Of a stretch of DNA of 64,000 nt, positions 38,171 to 51,889 are shown in pieces. Under the pieces are notes generated by a model that did not search any database, was not told the origin of the DNA, and saw nothing but the letters and a program-made list of their open reading frames with translations. Each line of letters starts with the position of its first letter. The stretch's first letter is position 1. This stretch comes from Takakia lepidozioides (lineage: Eukaryota > Plantae > Bryophyta): assembly GCA_030704615.1 (NCBI GenBank), contig CM060733.1, positions 64,542,001 through 64,606,000 of the forward strand. Direction: 5' to 3'. Both the position numbers and the translations under genes were made by a program.

Positions 38171-39289
38171 GACGTTTTGTCAATTTCTGTTACACAATGT
38201 TGTAAGACCCGGAATTCCTCCTCATGCACAAACGAGAGCCAAATCATTTTGAATGTTGTTGTATAATGGTCCTGTTGAAAAACCATGAAAGTTACAATAC
38301 TCTCGTAACATACAGGTGCACATTTCTACCTCATTGGCAGGGGCCGCAATAAGCATTGGAGTCCAAACCATGTTTAGCGTGGTCAGGTGGTGCGTTGCAG
38401 GAAGTATAGTGCTGAAATGGCTCCAATGTGTCGACATTGAAGAGGACAGCTAAAGAAGAGCGTGCTGCACACCAGAATGTTGCAGTAAGCACTCGGACAA
38501 AGTCGCAGCATGAAAGATCACTCTCACATCTGCTGTGTTGTCTTATTCTATGTTGTTGTCATCTGTCTACCTTTCCCCAAATGCCAGACATTCATTAAAT
38601 CTTATCAAGTGCTTCAGGACGGATTTTAGGCACTATTTCTAATGTTTGTACAAACGACATTGATCGTTGTGCTTGGTTTCATAAATGTTTAAATGACATC
38701 CTCGCTCAACATTCATCCATTCTATCATCCATTCACGGTATTTCATCCACATTTGTCCACAACTATTCATCCCCATTCATCCATATTAGCAGTGTCTCAT
38801 CCACATTGGCTCTGCTTCATCCTCATATACTCATCCACAACCATTCTACACTGATGACAACAACGTAAAATACCACATTAGCACGGCATTAAATCATCTG
38901 AGGACCATTGTAGACTGATGACCTGGACATTAATACATCCACAACCATTTCAGTCTCTACAAACACTATCATTCTGCAACATTCACCAACAAACCCTAAA
39001 CTCTCTTCTGCACCTCGCCTCGTCGCCCACACATGGTTTCCTATATGCCAAATGCGCAATCCACGGCTATAGGCCCCCATTCACCTGTTCGGTCCGCGGT
39101 TATAGGGCCATGCCTATGAAAATGACATGGCATGAAGTGACGTGGCGTCGGGCACGCTGGCAAGGTCGGCTGACGTGGCGTCTGACTCGTCAGCCAACGT
39201 GGCAATAACTGATGATGTGGCGTGAGCCCGCCTAGGCTCACGCTCACGCGGAAGCATCCCCCTATTGACGATGACTTTGGCATCTGGTT

Positions 39290-39919
39290 AGCTCTGAAAA
39301 GAGTCTCCGGTCTTGGTTACGGAACTATGGTTCCACGTTTGATGGCATCAAAATCACGACCGCCATAAGCTCGACGTCCGCCGACATCTTGGATATCACC
39401 TTCTTCAATGGAGACGACTTCATCCAAACTCGACGGCTTTCTACTAGATGTCATCAAAAGACCCAAAACAAGTATCAATACTTGCCTTGGTCCTCATGGC
39501 ATCCACATCACCAAAAGAAAGTTTTCGTCATCGGCGAGCTCCAACGGTACGTAATACGAGAAAGCACCATTCAAGGATTCAACCATTTGCGACTTTTGTT
39601 TTACAAACGTCTTCGAGCCCGAGGTTATCCGGCGGCATTCATCCAAAGTTGCTTCACCAAGATCTCCTACGACCTCAGATCCGCTCTACTCGACCAATAG
39701 ACGCAACGCGCAGTTGAGGGTAAACGGGCCCCCCTTGTTCTTAAGCTCGACTACTCTTCGTACATTCGAGCTTTAAACTTGGGGGCCACCCTAAACCCTA
39801 GACTCTACGAGTTGCTTCAGCAAGTCCCGGAGCTTCGGTTTCTTCCTCGAGCGATGATTTGTTGGAGGAATCCGCGAAAGCTGAGTTCATTCCTAGTTAA
39901 ATCTAGAATGATAGGATGA
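39290..39919 (+). mobile_element. 3' fragment of a Penelope-like RT lacking a C-terminal endonuclease (Coprina/Athena-like thumb region)
   Basis: LDITFF...HQKTQNKYQYLPWSSWHP..KK.FVIGELQRY...FYKRLRARGYP...WRNPRKLSSFLVKS then stop, with no GIY-YIG after it. One internal stop at 39698. Confidence 0.75.
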
Positions 39920-42900
39920 TTTTGTAGTGCAAATGTCCTTAGCATTATTAATTTTTGCCTCTTTGATAGCCCTAGCATTGATGTCAAAGGGTTCCAACAA
40001 TTAAATTTGGACCATTGACTAATTAATGCAGTCTTGACTTGGAGGCTAAATTGGTGCTTTATCATATCCATATAGATAGATTTTATTTTTATTTATATTT
40101 TTATTTTTTCCCTTTAGTTATTTTATTGTATTAACATGCTAAATGCTTCAATATATAAATAACAAGAACAACAAAAATCTCCTTTCACAAAAAAAATCCT
40201 AGATATTTATCACATGAAACTTTAATTTAATCTACCAAATTATGTAATCACTATTATCTAGTTAGATTCGAATATTTGATATATTTGAATAAATACTTCA
40301 TACAAAATTCAAGAAATGCATTGTTTTTTTTTGGTTTTTTGGTTTTTTGCATTGTCTTTGACTATTGACTCATAAATCAATTGTTAGAGTTTTTAAACTA
40401 CATAGTCACATAGTGGTATATTTTATGGTATATCATTGGTCATTAAGAACAACTCATATAATTTTTTTAATTAAACAAGTGATGACGCCTTCCTAAGGCA
40501 AGATGTCTTTTACGGGCAGCAATTTTGTATATTAAATATTTGAATATTTTTTGTTATTATTAAATCGGGACTGCTAGTGCTAGCCTTCCAATTTTGTAAT
40601 TAGTGTGGAGCCATTACGCGACTAGCCGCATGTTTTTCATGTGGCTGGGATCATATATCCCCTTCTTTAATTCCTGGACCATCCTCTAATGGATAGGGCC
40701 CCAACAAACTTGAAGGCATTATTCCTATATGCTTACTTTATGCATGCCAGTAAAGAAAAATCCCAACCCTTTTCGCATCGCACCACAACTCGCTACAAAT
40801 CCTTGTGATGACTATGCCCTCGCCAAAAGAGAGCAGTAAGTATATCTTCCTCTCATTATTCACATAAATATCCCTTGGTTGGGTGTAATTTTATTTGATG
40901 TTAATTCAACCAACATGACAAACCAAAAGCTTCGGTTTTGGGATGTTGGATGGTTACTTGGAAGCAAGAGAAAAAGACCTCACTTTTCTTTAACAACGCG
41001 TTACCTTTGTTGGGGTTTAAGGGAGATGGGTAGAAAATACTGAAGGGAATGACAACAGGGAGGCCACTCACCGGGTACTGGGGGGCGACAGGGTGGCAGA
41101 CCAGTGGAGCCGGAGTTGGAGATGGCAGGAGCGTGGCGGTCGTGGGTGACAAGTTCGACCGAGCCCCTGCACCCGCAACCGGTCCAAGTGATGAGCAGGG
41201 GGGCTGGGGCCAAGCCTGATGCTCCTAATATGTTGTGGGGCTCAGCTCGAACAATGTCCTGGACAGGTCCCTGGTACCCTTGGACTTCTTGGCCCTGAAG
41301 ATCCTTATTCACTTGCACCTCTTCCGATTCCATAAGGGCCTGGAGCAGGGCAAAGCCATTGCGCATAGTGTCTCTGGCTCTGATGAGGGCTCAGCAAGAC
41401 GGGGAAGGCTGGTCATGAGGGGCAGGCTGTATCCATCTCCCTTCATGCATCTTTTGGGTAAGTAGTAGGTCCGACTCCTCCAAGAGGGCTAGAATGTGGG
41501 TAGATGGCGAAAGGTTAACACCTAGAGCAGGATGGTCCTCAATGTAAGTGCCCCAAGTGACTTGAGCAGTGGCTAGGAGCACATAGTGAAGAAACTTTGA
41601 ATGAAGGAAAGAGTTGATCTTGTTTATGAGCGTGGGGATTGGACTACAGTCAATGGGAGATTTGGCCATGAAAATAGAAACATCGTAATTGGAAATCCAG
41701 ATGGATTCAAAGCTGACAGCGTAGCCCTCCGTGGCAAGGAAGGCAGGAGCTGGGGATCTACTGAAAATCAATGGAGTCACACAAGTAGCTTTGGGGTGGG
41801 TCAAAGCACACTAATAGGACCCAAAAAGGATGTCACAAACTGTTTTCCAGCAAATATGACACAATCGATCCAAATTTAGGATATTGAGTTCAGTATGAAA
41901 CCACAGACACATTATATCATTGGAAAGCCCTTGAAGTTCTTGTCATGCCCATATAAATTGTTTTGTGATTTGACAAGTTTAAGGGGTCCTAAAGGAGTCT
42001 TGAGTAGCACAAGGTTCAAATGTCCCAAAATATTGTAGTCCTTTAGGACTCATTTTCACACCCATAACATGTGAAGGTCCTATCAGGGATTTTCATGTGC
42101 TTATGTAAGGTATGGAAGAATGCAAAAAGGATAGTAGACCTACAAAACCAGAAAAACCTATTATCATAGGAATTTTCTACTACGTGGTATGTCTAACTTA
42201 GGGCACCAAACTTTGGTACTACTAAACTTCAAAATTTGAACATAGTTCTTTCACCAAAAATGTTTAGCTACTAAAAAGGAAGAAGGCCATGTCCTTGAAA
42301 TGGCTACAAGGTCCTCCAATTTTGAATTTGAGGCCATTATGAGTTCTTACAAATAGTGTATCACTCATTGTAAATTATTTTAAAATTAAAAATATATCAA
42401 ATAAACTCCTAAAAATTATACGAGCATCTGCAGCACTGAAGTAGGCATCAAACACACCAAACCCAGCTTGGATGCGATGAGGGGAAAGCAAATGGTGGCA
42501 AACGGAAGTCGAGTTGGTATCGTAAACTCAAAATTAGTGGTGTACGAGCAAAATTGGAGGTGTACAAGAGGGTGTACGAGCATCCGATGGATGGGGTTGA
42601 GGTGCCCACTATCATCTGTTAATTTCATCACGTTTTCATCGCAACATGTCATGTCCACGCGCCGTGGTGTAACGCGCCAATAGTCAAAATTTAGTCCTTT
42701 TCAAGAGTGTAAGTGGTACACATTAGCATGCTTTCACCCGGGTAGGACTGAGAAAGCAAGGATGAGGAGCCCGGAAGGGACAGAGAAGGGAAGGAATGAA
42801 GACTGGTGCAAATTCTGACTATGACAGGATTGTAGGCAATCGAGGAGGATGCGGAGAGATGAAGGGAGCTTCTGGGCAGTGCTGGATCATTACCAAAAAA

Positions 42901-43159
42901 AGGTGCTGGGGGCCTGGGGGGGAAGTTGCCCGGATCGTCTTGCCTGATGTTTCCTGCCGGTGGGTCAAGACCTTCTCTGTTGCGAAACACCAAGGAAGCA
43001 CTGCCAATGGCCTCCAAAAGCATGGGGTCTTGCGAGGTGTCGATCACTTTTTAGGATCATAATTTAGAATAGCACATTTGATGTACATTAGTATATATTT
43101 TATGAAGTTTAAGTATGAAATCATAAATAAAATGGAATTCTAGCAATAGCAGAGCTGGA

Positions 43160-43760
43160 GGACCAGTCGAAGGACAACTCTTTGATTCCGGGATTGACAG
43201 ACCATGTGACACTAGAATGCGTTGCACGGGTGCCTCGCTCTTATTATTTACCGTTGAAAGGTGTTTGTAAGAAAAGACATAATGCGTTATTGGTGGTTGG
43301 CGACGAAGGCCGCAACGACGTCCTTGAGACTCGCAAAGGGGTAGAGATCAAGGAGGAATGGGTTTACATGTTGGCTGGTCCTGCACACAATGTACAGCCT
43401 CTCATAAGTGCACGGAAGTGGTGGGCGTTTGATTCCGTTAGTACGCGTCGGCGTTGTCTGCCAAACTACCCTGTGGATTATACCTTTGAAGTTTCTGACA
43501 ATGAGTCAGCAGTCACAGGAACTCAGCTTTTGGTTTGCAGACAGTACCCTAGAAGTTACATGGTATGGAGGTATGATCTAGAAATCAATGAATAGTCTTC
43601 AGCGCTAAGAATGATTCAAGATCGATGTCTTTGTAAGTTAGCAAATGCAGGAAAATATGCTTATCTTGCTGGAGGATCTCACCAGCAGACGACTCTTAGA
43701 ACAACGCTACAACTCGCTACTTCAAGCATGGGAACCTCTCCCCGATCTCAACATAGCACG
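43160..43760 (+). pseudogene. F-box/kelch-repeat protein pseudogene, 3'-truncated
   Basis: LIPGLTDHVTLECVARVPRS F-box, EEWVY, WWAFD, VWRYDL..N and AYLAGG kelch motifs. Internal stop at 43593. Confidence 0.85.
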
Positions 43761-43793
43761 GGAAAAAGAGCTAATAGGAAAACAAGGATAAAA

Positions 43794-46110
43794 TGTGAAC
43801 CGCTGGATATTGATTGATCAAGGGTAGCGATCCCCACTTCCCAAACGGATGAATGACATGGATGATGAGCAACATTCATGAGGACTTAAAACGGTTCATG
43901 TATCAATGTAAGTTGGTCATGTCCCTGGATGGATGAAAGTTACAGACGGATGAAATCAACGGACGGATGAGAGAGCACAGGCTGGATGAATTTATAGGAT
44001 GGATGCAAAAGGGATGACATTACCAGGATGGATGAAATCAGAAGTATCCAGGTTTGCTTGGCCAACAAGCTTCTCATTAAATTTAATGATTAATTCCTAA
44101 TTTTCCTATTGGCCCAAAAGAAGCATAAAAAGAGGCTTAGGGAAGTGGGAAGCAAGTAGTATCAATCGAGAGAGTACCAGTGAGCGACTAACACGATGTA
44201 GAGAGCACGGTGGAGGGCAGCCGTTGGAGATGGAGAACACAAAGATGGAAAGAGAATCAGTAGTAGTGAGCGATGGACTAGAAGTTACAATTAGTTTGTT
44301 CCAGATTTGCAATCGTATCTAGTTCTTTCCGCTTTGTAATTGAGTGAAGTGATGACTTGATCTGATCAACCCTCTCGGAGTGTCAAGTGTAACACTAATC
44401 TAGACAAAGGCTGGTAGGACATCCAGTTCTTGTTTTGCTTTTCAAGTCCTTGGCTTTAGGATTCTGCTCATTTGTTGGCAAAATAGATCTGCTCTAGTGG
44501 GGTCCTATTGACTTATTTCCATGCTAGTTCTTTCTGATAGCAGAGAATAAGGATAATTCTCCCAATAGCACTTGACATTACTGAAATCAGAGCTTTGTAT
44601 CCTCAGAAATTAATTTTTGAAATCAGTTTTTCTTACACTGGCACACAATTGCAGATGTTGGGGACTTGGTCATTTGTCATGTAGGAAAGGGTTCTCATTT
44701 CTTTTATACAAAATTGATCTGCTTTAGAATATGTTCTTGAAAGTTTTCTATGCTAGTTCTTGTTGATAGCAGAGAATAAGGCTAATACTTCTCATATGAC
44801 CTAAGATTAGCCAAATTGGAACCAGGGATCATAAAATAGGAAGTTTTGAAAGTAGTTTTTTTAAAACTGGAGCAACAAAAGTCTATGATGTAGAATTATA
44901 TTTGGCTGATACGATTTGATCTATTTACTTTTGCTAGTAAGATATCTGAGTGGATTCTTCTTTGAGTCATAAAATTAAGATTACTACAGCACTAGAAGTT
45001 TGTAGTTCTAGTAATTAGGTTAAGAGATATTAATTTCTAAAGTAGGCAGTATATGCTAGCAGAATGAGACTTGGTCATATCCATGGCACTAATTCTGCAA
45101 AAACATATATGTTTGAATAATTTGAGCTAAACCCTTTTTATGGACCTTGATTCACAAACTAATTCCAATATCTTGTTGAGTAAAGCTTAGGTTACAACCT
45201 CTGTTTTACAGCAAGTGAATTGAAGAACCTAGTAGGGACTTATGGATTTTTGAAAACAGGGAATTCTAACTGCCAGGCCATGTTAAAGAGTGAGATTTGA
45301 CTATTGTGTTTAAATAACTAAAAGAAACCTTCTTGTAATAACATCTCTAGATTAGTTTGATGGTTAGTCTGGTAGTTTATACTTTTGGGGTTGGGGGTTC
45401 AATTCTTGTCAGTTGCAACTTGCTTAGTCTTGCTTATTTGTTCAGAATCATTCTAATAGCCCTATAAGCACTTAGATAAGAAGGTTGGTTTTGAATATAA
45501 CTTGAGGGACTTATTGGTTAGTGATTTCACTCGCGCATTTGAGGTTGGGGTTTCAAATTCCAATAGCCACATTGCTTCCCTGTAGTTGGTTTTGATTCTC
45601 TTCTTTTATTTTGGTTATATTAATATTGTTTGTTGGGCTGATCTTTCCCTGAGAATGATCTAATTGATTATATATTCTTTGACTCACCTAAATTAATGGG
45701 TACTAGTAAAAACTAAATAAATCGGTATCTCTATCTTTTGAACATATACATAAAGTTATTCAAAAAGAAAAGAAATAATAAAGTTGGTTAATTAAAATTA
45801 AGTTGTTGTTGTTTACTGAATAATTAATATTTACACTAGATATCTCTCCTCTAAAATAACCATAACCCTTTATACCAAGGGTAATTATACATTCGCATTG
45901 CTTATTCCTGAACTATTATTTTCGTAAATACGTCAATGAGTTAGTACTAACTGTTGGTTACAAATTACAAACGCAAACACTTATAGCATAGAAAAATTAT
46001 AATCCACACTAACAGCACCCTTAGGGCTAGGCGGGACCTAACCTAGCTCTGTCTAACACGAACCCTAAATTAAGTATGCAACTGTTAATGGGGTGCATTA
46101 ATGGTTGACA
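43794..46110 (+). repeat. Putative long LTR (about 2.3 kb) without a matching TSD
   Basis: TGTGAACC...GGTTGACA termini (7/8 inverted match) around an AT-rich non-coding body. It lies just after the kelch gene breaks off and truncates LINE ORF1 on the right. Confidence 0.5.
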
Positions 46111-47810
46111 CGAGGCTGTCCGCCTGTTGAGATTTGGTGGCTGAGCATGACTAGAGGCCTGAGGAACCCAATCTGGCAGGTCTCTTCCGCCTGCATTCGA
46201 TGCCGCCCTCTTTGCATGGTGCGTGTCATGGGAGAAGAAGATAGGGGACTTCCCATTTGGATCGTAGAAGTGCCTTTGAGGGGGGCGGCGGCAGGTTGCT
46301 GTTTTGCCCCCAATGGAGATCTGGTTCTTTTCTTTTGGACCTTCGGGCAAACAGCTTTGAGGTGCCCCATACGTCCACAGTAGTAGCAGACCGTAGAGGT
46401 AGTGTCCTCAGATAATTTAACCGAGAAGAAGTTGCATTTGTCATCAATGGGGAGACGAATAAATTCAGGGATGATTGCATCATCAAACATCATTATAACA
46501 ATCTTAGGAAACCCATTCTCATGTGCCTTTGACGAAATCGAGGCCCCCTTCCAAGCAAGATTATTCTTAAGGGCTTCCGGACAGTTGTGGGGGTTGAACA
46601 CCGCCAAACATCCCACAATACTCCCCCAAGAAGTTCCCAATCTCGGGCAAGCTGAAGAGATACTGGTCCGGGATATATGGCAAGGCAATGATCCGGGGAC
46701 TCCAGACCTTTCCATTTTTGTTGCCCATAGCACTCGACCAAGGAAAGATGTTAACATTAAAACCAGCCAGGTGGGGATTAAAAGAAAGTGCCCTATCTGC
46801 AGCTTCCTTTGAATCCAAAAGAACCGAGAAGAATCCTTGGCCTCTGGAGTGGCAGAAATGATGATTAAGGTCGCCAGACCCCCCCCAAGTGACAGATGGC
46901 CCAATCCCTTGCATGATCTCTGTCAACTTTTCTACATGGGAAGTGAAGAAGCACCCCTTTCTCCGAAAAGTCTGCGACACTGTCGTGGATTGTGGACATA
47001 TTGAGCTCCACCAGAGGGTGAGATTTGCTCATCGATCTCTGGAGATCCAAAATATCCTCCATCAGATCCTGTTGAGGGTCTACTACCTCCTGCTGGGGGT
47101 CGACTGAATGGGGAGGTGGTGAGGGAGCCCCGGTACCCTGGGGTGGGCTCCCATGCATGGTGGGATCCGAAACTGGCGACTGACTCAGCCGGGGAGAGGG
47201 AGGAGCAACCAAAGGAACCCCGATCGGAGCAGCCCGCATGGCCGGGGGGCTGCGACTTTGTGCCAGAGCTCTGTCGGCCTGGAAGAAACCTGTCCAAGTG
47301 GAAGGGGTTGCCAAAGCAGCCTGAATGGCAGCAGCCGAGCGGCTTTGAGATCTGGTAGTTGGAGCTCCACGGCGGGCAAATTTAGTAGGGGCCATTGAAG
47401 GGACCAAAGGAGTGATAGAACAATCAAGCAAGAAGGGCACTAAGAGGATCGATCAAAAGGCAAGTAAACACAGAAAACATAGGGAAGCCACAAAAAGAGA
47501 AATCCCAGCTGCGAAAAAAAAAAAAAAAGGCGGGGGGGGGGGGAGAAGGAAATTGAAGAGAAGAATTGGAGAGAGACCGGAATCAGCAGCAAGAAGAATA
47601 AAACAACGAGCCACAGCTCGACGAGCCCAGGAGAAACCAACAATGATATTATAAAGCCTATAAGCACCAGAAGCCTGGACCAAAGCAGGAGAGTACGAAG
47701 TAGAGAACTAAGCACTCCGAATACTTCCGACGAAACTTGGACTACGCAGGCTAAGAGAGACACCGATACACTGAAGAACCAGACGAGAACACAAAGATGG
47801 CGGGAGCTAG
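46111..47810 (-). mobile_element. L1-type LINE 5' UTR and ORF1 (frameshifted, zinc knuckle)
   Basis: ATG at 47395 (MAPTKFARR). RGQGFFSVLLDSKEAADRAL and FPWS..WSPRIIALPYIP regions and a CYYCGRMGHLKAVCP CCHC knuckle. Confidence 0.8.
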
Positions 47811-48235
47811 GCACTGGAAACAGGAAGGAACAGAAATGCCTTGAGAAATGTGGCGGGGGAGCTTAGATTGCAAGGCGGCTGGGGGATTGATTATCATGCT
47901 GGAAGCCGACTAACATTGATTATGGAATGATGAATCGTGTTAAAATGGCTTAGCCAGGGAAGGATGTGTCGCACAGGGGCAGGCGGAGTTGGGAACGTTG
48001 GCCCCAAAATTGCAAGGCAATAATGGGGGCATGCTTGGGTCATATCAAAGAGATAGCCAAGAGGATCGTCCTTTGGGATAAAGAAGGACGCCATTAGCAT
48101 ATGGCGGGGGGGATGATGGTTGGAGTACCATTCCTGGGCCGAAATGGGGCAACTGTGGGTCTCCGAGGTCGCTGAGATAGACCCTTTCGGGAAAGTTAGG
48201 ACTGGGGAGGTGATCAGGCCAGGCGCTGGCACTCT

Positions 48236-48479
48236 GGCTGCTTGACTTTGAGAAGGCATTCGACAAAGTGGGTTGGGATTTTCTACTGGCGGTGCTGCAA
48301 AAATGTGGGCTACCACCCTCGTTCTGCAAGTGGGTTAACATCTTTATCCGCAACAGCTCCAGCAGGGTTGTTATTAATGGTCATTTGTCAAAAACCTTTG
48401 CCCTCCAGAGATCGGTGCGACAGGGATGCCCTCTCTCGCCTTTCCTCTTTCTGTTTGTGGCAGATACTTTGGGTTATAT
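48236..48479 (+). mobile_element. L1-type LINE ORF2 RT, part left of the MULE insertion
   Basis: LLDFEKAFDKVGWDFL...VVING...SVRQGCPLSPFLF...DTLGY. Confidence 0.92.
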
Positions 48480-49454
48480 GGGGGCTGCTATTTCATGAGC
48501 GGCATGAGCATGAGCGGCATGAGCATGAGCAGAAAAAAAAAAACATGAGCAGACCATTGTAAGTCCACGGAAATAGGGTTAGGAGGCACGGAAATAGGGT
48601 CATGTGAAGTTGGAATGTGGCACCAGTGGACTTGAAATGCAACATTTTATTGCATTTACTTGCCGAAAATGGCTAAGTCCCAGATCTGACTAGGCCCGGA
48701 ACTGGAAAAATGGCGCCGAATTTCCGATTTTGGTGCCAGTCAGATCTGGGACTTAGCCATTTTAGGCCCCGAACTAGAACAATGGCGTTTTTTTTGTTTT
48801 TTTTTTTTTTTTTTTCGGTGCCATTTTACCAGTTCGGGGCCTAAAATGGCTAAGTCCCAGATCTGACTGGGCCCGGAACTGGCAAAATGGCGCCGAATTT
48901 CCGATTTTGGTGCCAGCCACTCTAGGGACTTAGCCATTTTCGGCCCTGAAAGTACCCACTGGCTATGCCTCTGCTTTCAAAAAACATGTGGTCAAACAAA
49001 AGTTGAGCCAATTGAACTCGCTCTAGTACTTGAGATGGAGAGTGGGTGAGGTCTGTATGGTGGAGTCTTTTAGCAAAGGTGCCATTGGCTTGACTTATAT
49101 AACGTGATAGAATGGTTTCTCCTCTTTTCACCATTTCCGTATCACTAGAAGAAGACCTGCTTACATCTATAAGTGCAAGGTGTTAGCATAGTTAACACTT
49201 GTGTGTGGAAAAGAGCTTGATAGATAGCTCTTAAGTTACAAGCTGTTGCAGGGTTTGCAAGAAGAAAGTCTTGTGGTGTTTATGTACAAGAGGAGGTCTT
49301 CAAGAAGAGCATCATTGAAAGTTTGAGAGCTTGTGAAGAAGCTCTTGTTCTGCAAGTGTTGCAGGGTTTGAGGAGTTCAAGAAGAGCTCGGGTGTTAAGG
49401 AAGCAAGTGGTGCATGTGTGGAGTATGGTTTCAGCTTGTGGGAGTCTTCAACTT

Positions 49455-49598
49455 CCATTTTTCCTGTTCGGGGCCGAAAATGACTAAGTCCCAGATCTGA
49501 CTGGGCCCAGAACTGGAAAAATGGCGCCGAATTTCCGATTTTGGGTGCCAGTCAGATCTGGGACTTAGCCGTTTTCGGCCCGGAACTAGAAAAATATC

Positions 49599-49644
<46 letters not shown>

Positions 49645-50545
49645 CGGCGCGATTTATCCAGTTCGGGGCCGAAAATGGCTAAGTCCCAGATCTGACTGGG
49701 CCCAGAAATGGAAAAATGGTGCCGAATTTCCGATTTTGGGTGCCAGTCAGATCTGGGACTTAGCCGTTTTCGGCCCCGAACTGGAAAAATGGCGTTTATT
49801 TATTTATTTTTATTTTCTTTTTATTTTCTTTTCGGCGCCATTTTTCCATTTCGGGGCCGAAAATGGCTAAGTCCCAGATCTGACTGGCACCAAAATCGGA
49901 AATTCGGCGCCATTTTTCCAGTCATGCAGGTAATTCCAAGAGCGGATGGATGGAAATCCGGCGCCGGATTACCATCCGCCAACTAGGTCGGCGCGCAAAA
50001 TTTCCGTCATGCAGGTAATTCGAAGAGCGGATGGATGAAAATCCGGCGCCGGATTTCCATCCATCCGCTCTTGGAATTACCTGCATGACTGGAAAAATGG
50101 CGCCGAATTTCCGATTTTGGGTGCCAGTCAGATCTGGGACTTAGCCGTTTTCGGCCCCTAACAAGAAAAATGGCGTTTTTTTTTTTTTTTTTTTTTTTTT
50201 TTTCGGCGACATTTTTCCATTTCGTTGCCGAAAATGTCTAAGTCCCAGATCTGACTGGCACCAAAATCGGAAATTCGGCGCCATTTTTCCAGTCATGCAG
50301 GTAATTCCAAGAGCGGATGGATGGAAATCCGGAGCCGGATTTCCATCCACCAGGTAAGTCGGCGTGCAAAATTTCCGTCATGCAGGTAATTCGAAGAGCG
50401 GATGGATGAAAATCCGGCGCCGGATTTCCATCCATCTGCTCTTCGAATTACCTGCATGACTGGAAAAATGGCGCCGAATTTCCGATTTTGGGTGTCAGTC
50501 AGATCTGGCACTTAGCCGTTTTCGGCCCCGGCATGGAAAAATGGC

Positions 50546-50590
<45 letters not shown>

Positions 50591-51294
50591 GCGCCATTTT
50601 TCCATTTCGGGGCCGAAAATGGCTAAGTCCCAGATCTGACTTGCACCAAAATCGGAAATTCGGCGCCATTTTTCCAGTCATGCAGGTAATTCGAAGAGCG
50701 GATGGATGGAAATCCGGCGCCAGATTACCATCGCCAACTAGGTCGGCGCGGAAAAAATTTCCGTCGTGCAGGTAATTCGAAGAGCGGATGGATGAAAATC
50801 CGGCGCCGGCTTTCCATCCATCCGCTCTTGGAATTACCTGCATGACTGGAAAAATGGCGCCGAATTTCCGATTTTGGGTGCCAGTCAGATCTGGGACTTA
50901 GCCGTTTTCGGCCCCGACATGGAAAAATGGCGTTTTTTTTTTTTTTTTTTTTTGGTGCCTTTTTTCCATTTCGGGGCGAAAATGGCTAAGTCCCAGATCT
51001 GACTTGCACCAAAATCGGAAATTCGGCGCCATTTTTCCAGTCATGCAGGTAATTCGAAGAGCGGATGGATGGAAATCCGGCGCCGGATTACCATCCGCCC
51101 ACTAGGTCGGCGCGGAAAAATTTCCGTCGTGCAGGTAATTCGAAGAGCGGATGGATGAAAATCCGGCGCCGGATTTCCATCCATCCGCTCTTGGAATTAC
51201 CTGCATGACTGGAAAAATGGCGCCGAATTTCCGATTTTGGGTGCCAGTCAGATCTGGGACTTAGCCGTTTTCGGCCCCGACATGGAAAAATGGC

Positions 51295-51330
<36 letters not shown>

Positions 51331-51669
51331 GTGCCTTTTTTCCATTTCGGGCCGAAAATGGCTAAGTCCCAGATCTGACTTGCACCAAAATCGGAAATTC
51401 GGCGCCATTTTTCCAGTCATGCAGGTAATTCCAAGAGCGGATGGATGGAAATCCGGCGCCGGATTTCCATCCACCAGGTAAGTCGGCGCGCAAAATTTCC
51501 GTCGTGCAGGTAATTCGAAGAGCGGATGGATGAAAATCCGGCGCCGGATTTCCATCCATCCGCTCTTGGAATTACCTGCATGACTGGAAAAATGGCGCCG
51601 AATTTCCGATTTTGGGTGCCAGTCAGATCTGGGACTTAGCCGTTTTCGGCCCCGACATGGAAAAATGGC

Positions 51670-51702
<33 letters not shown>

Positions 51703-51880
51703 GCGCCATTTTTCCATTTCGGGGCCGAAAATGGCCAAGTCCCAGATCTGACTTGCACCAAAATCGGAAATTCGGCGCCATTTTTCCAGTCATGCAGGTA
51801 ATTCCAAGAGCGGATGGATGGAAATCCGGCGCCGAATTTCCATCCGCCAGCTAGGTCGGCGCGCAAAATTTCCGTCATGC
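49455..51880. repeat. Higher-order repeat of about 370 bp (5-6 units) made of inverted palindrome modules and poly-T tracts
   Basis: GTCATGCAGGTAATTC starts units near 49921, 50292, 50677, 51040, 51416 and 51789. Related units also occur at 48660-48950. Confidence 0.9.
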
Positions 51881-51889
51881 AGGTAATTA

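Noticed and set aside
39120-39270. Helitron 3' end (hairpin GCGTGAGCC/GGCTCACGC with ACGTGGC repeats)
   Set aside because: No CTRR terminus at the expected distance and no identifiable 5' TC end.
40900-43060. Minus-strand ORFs at 41001-41804 and 42691-43047, and similarly 47894-48235
   Set aside because: Possibly old LINE debris, but there are no diagnostic motifs.
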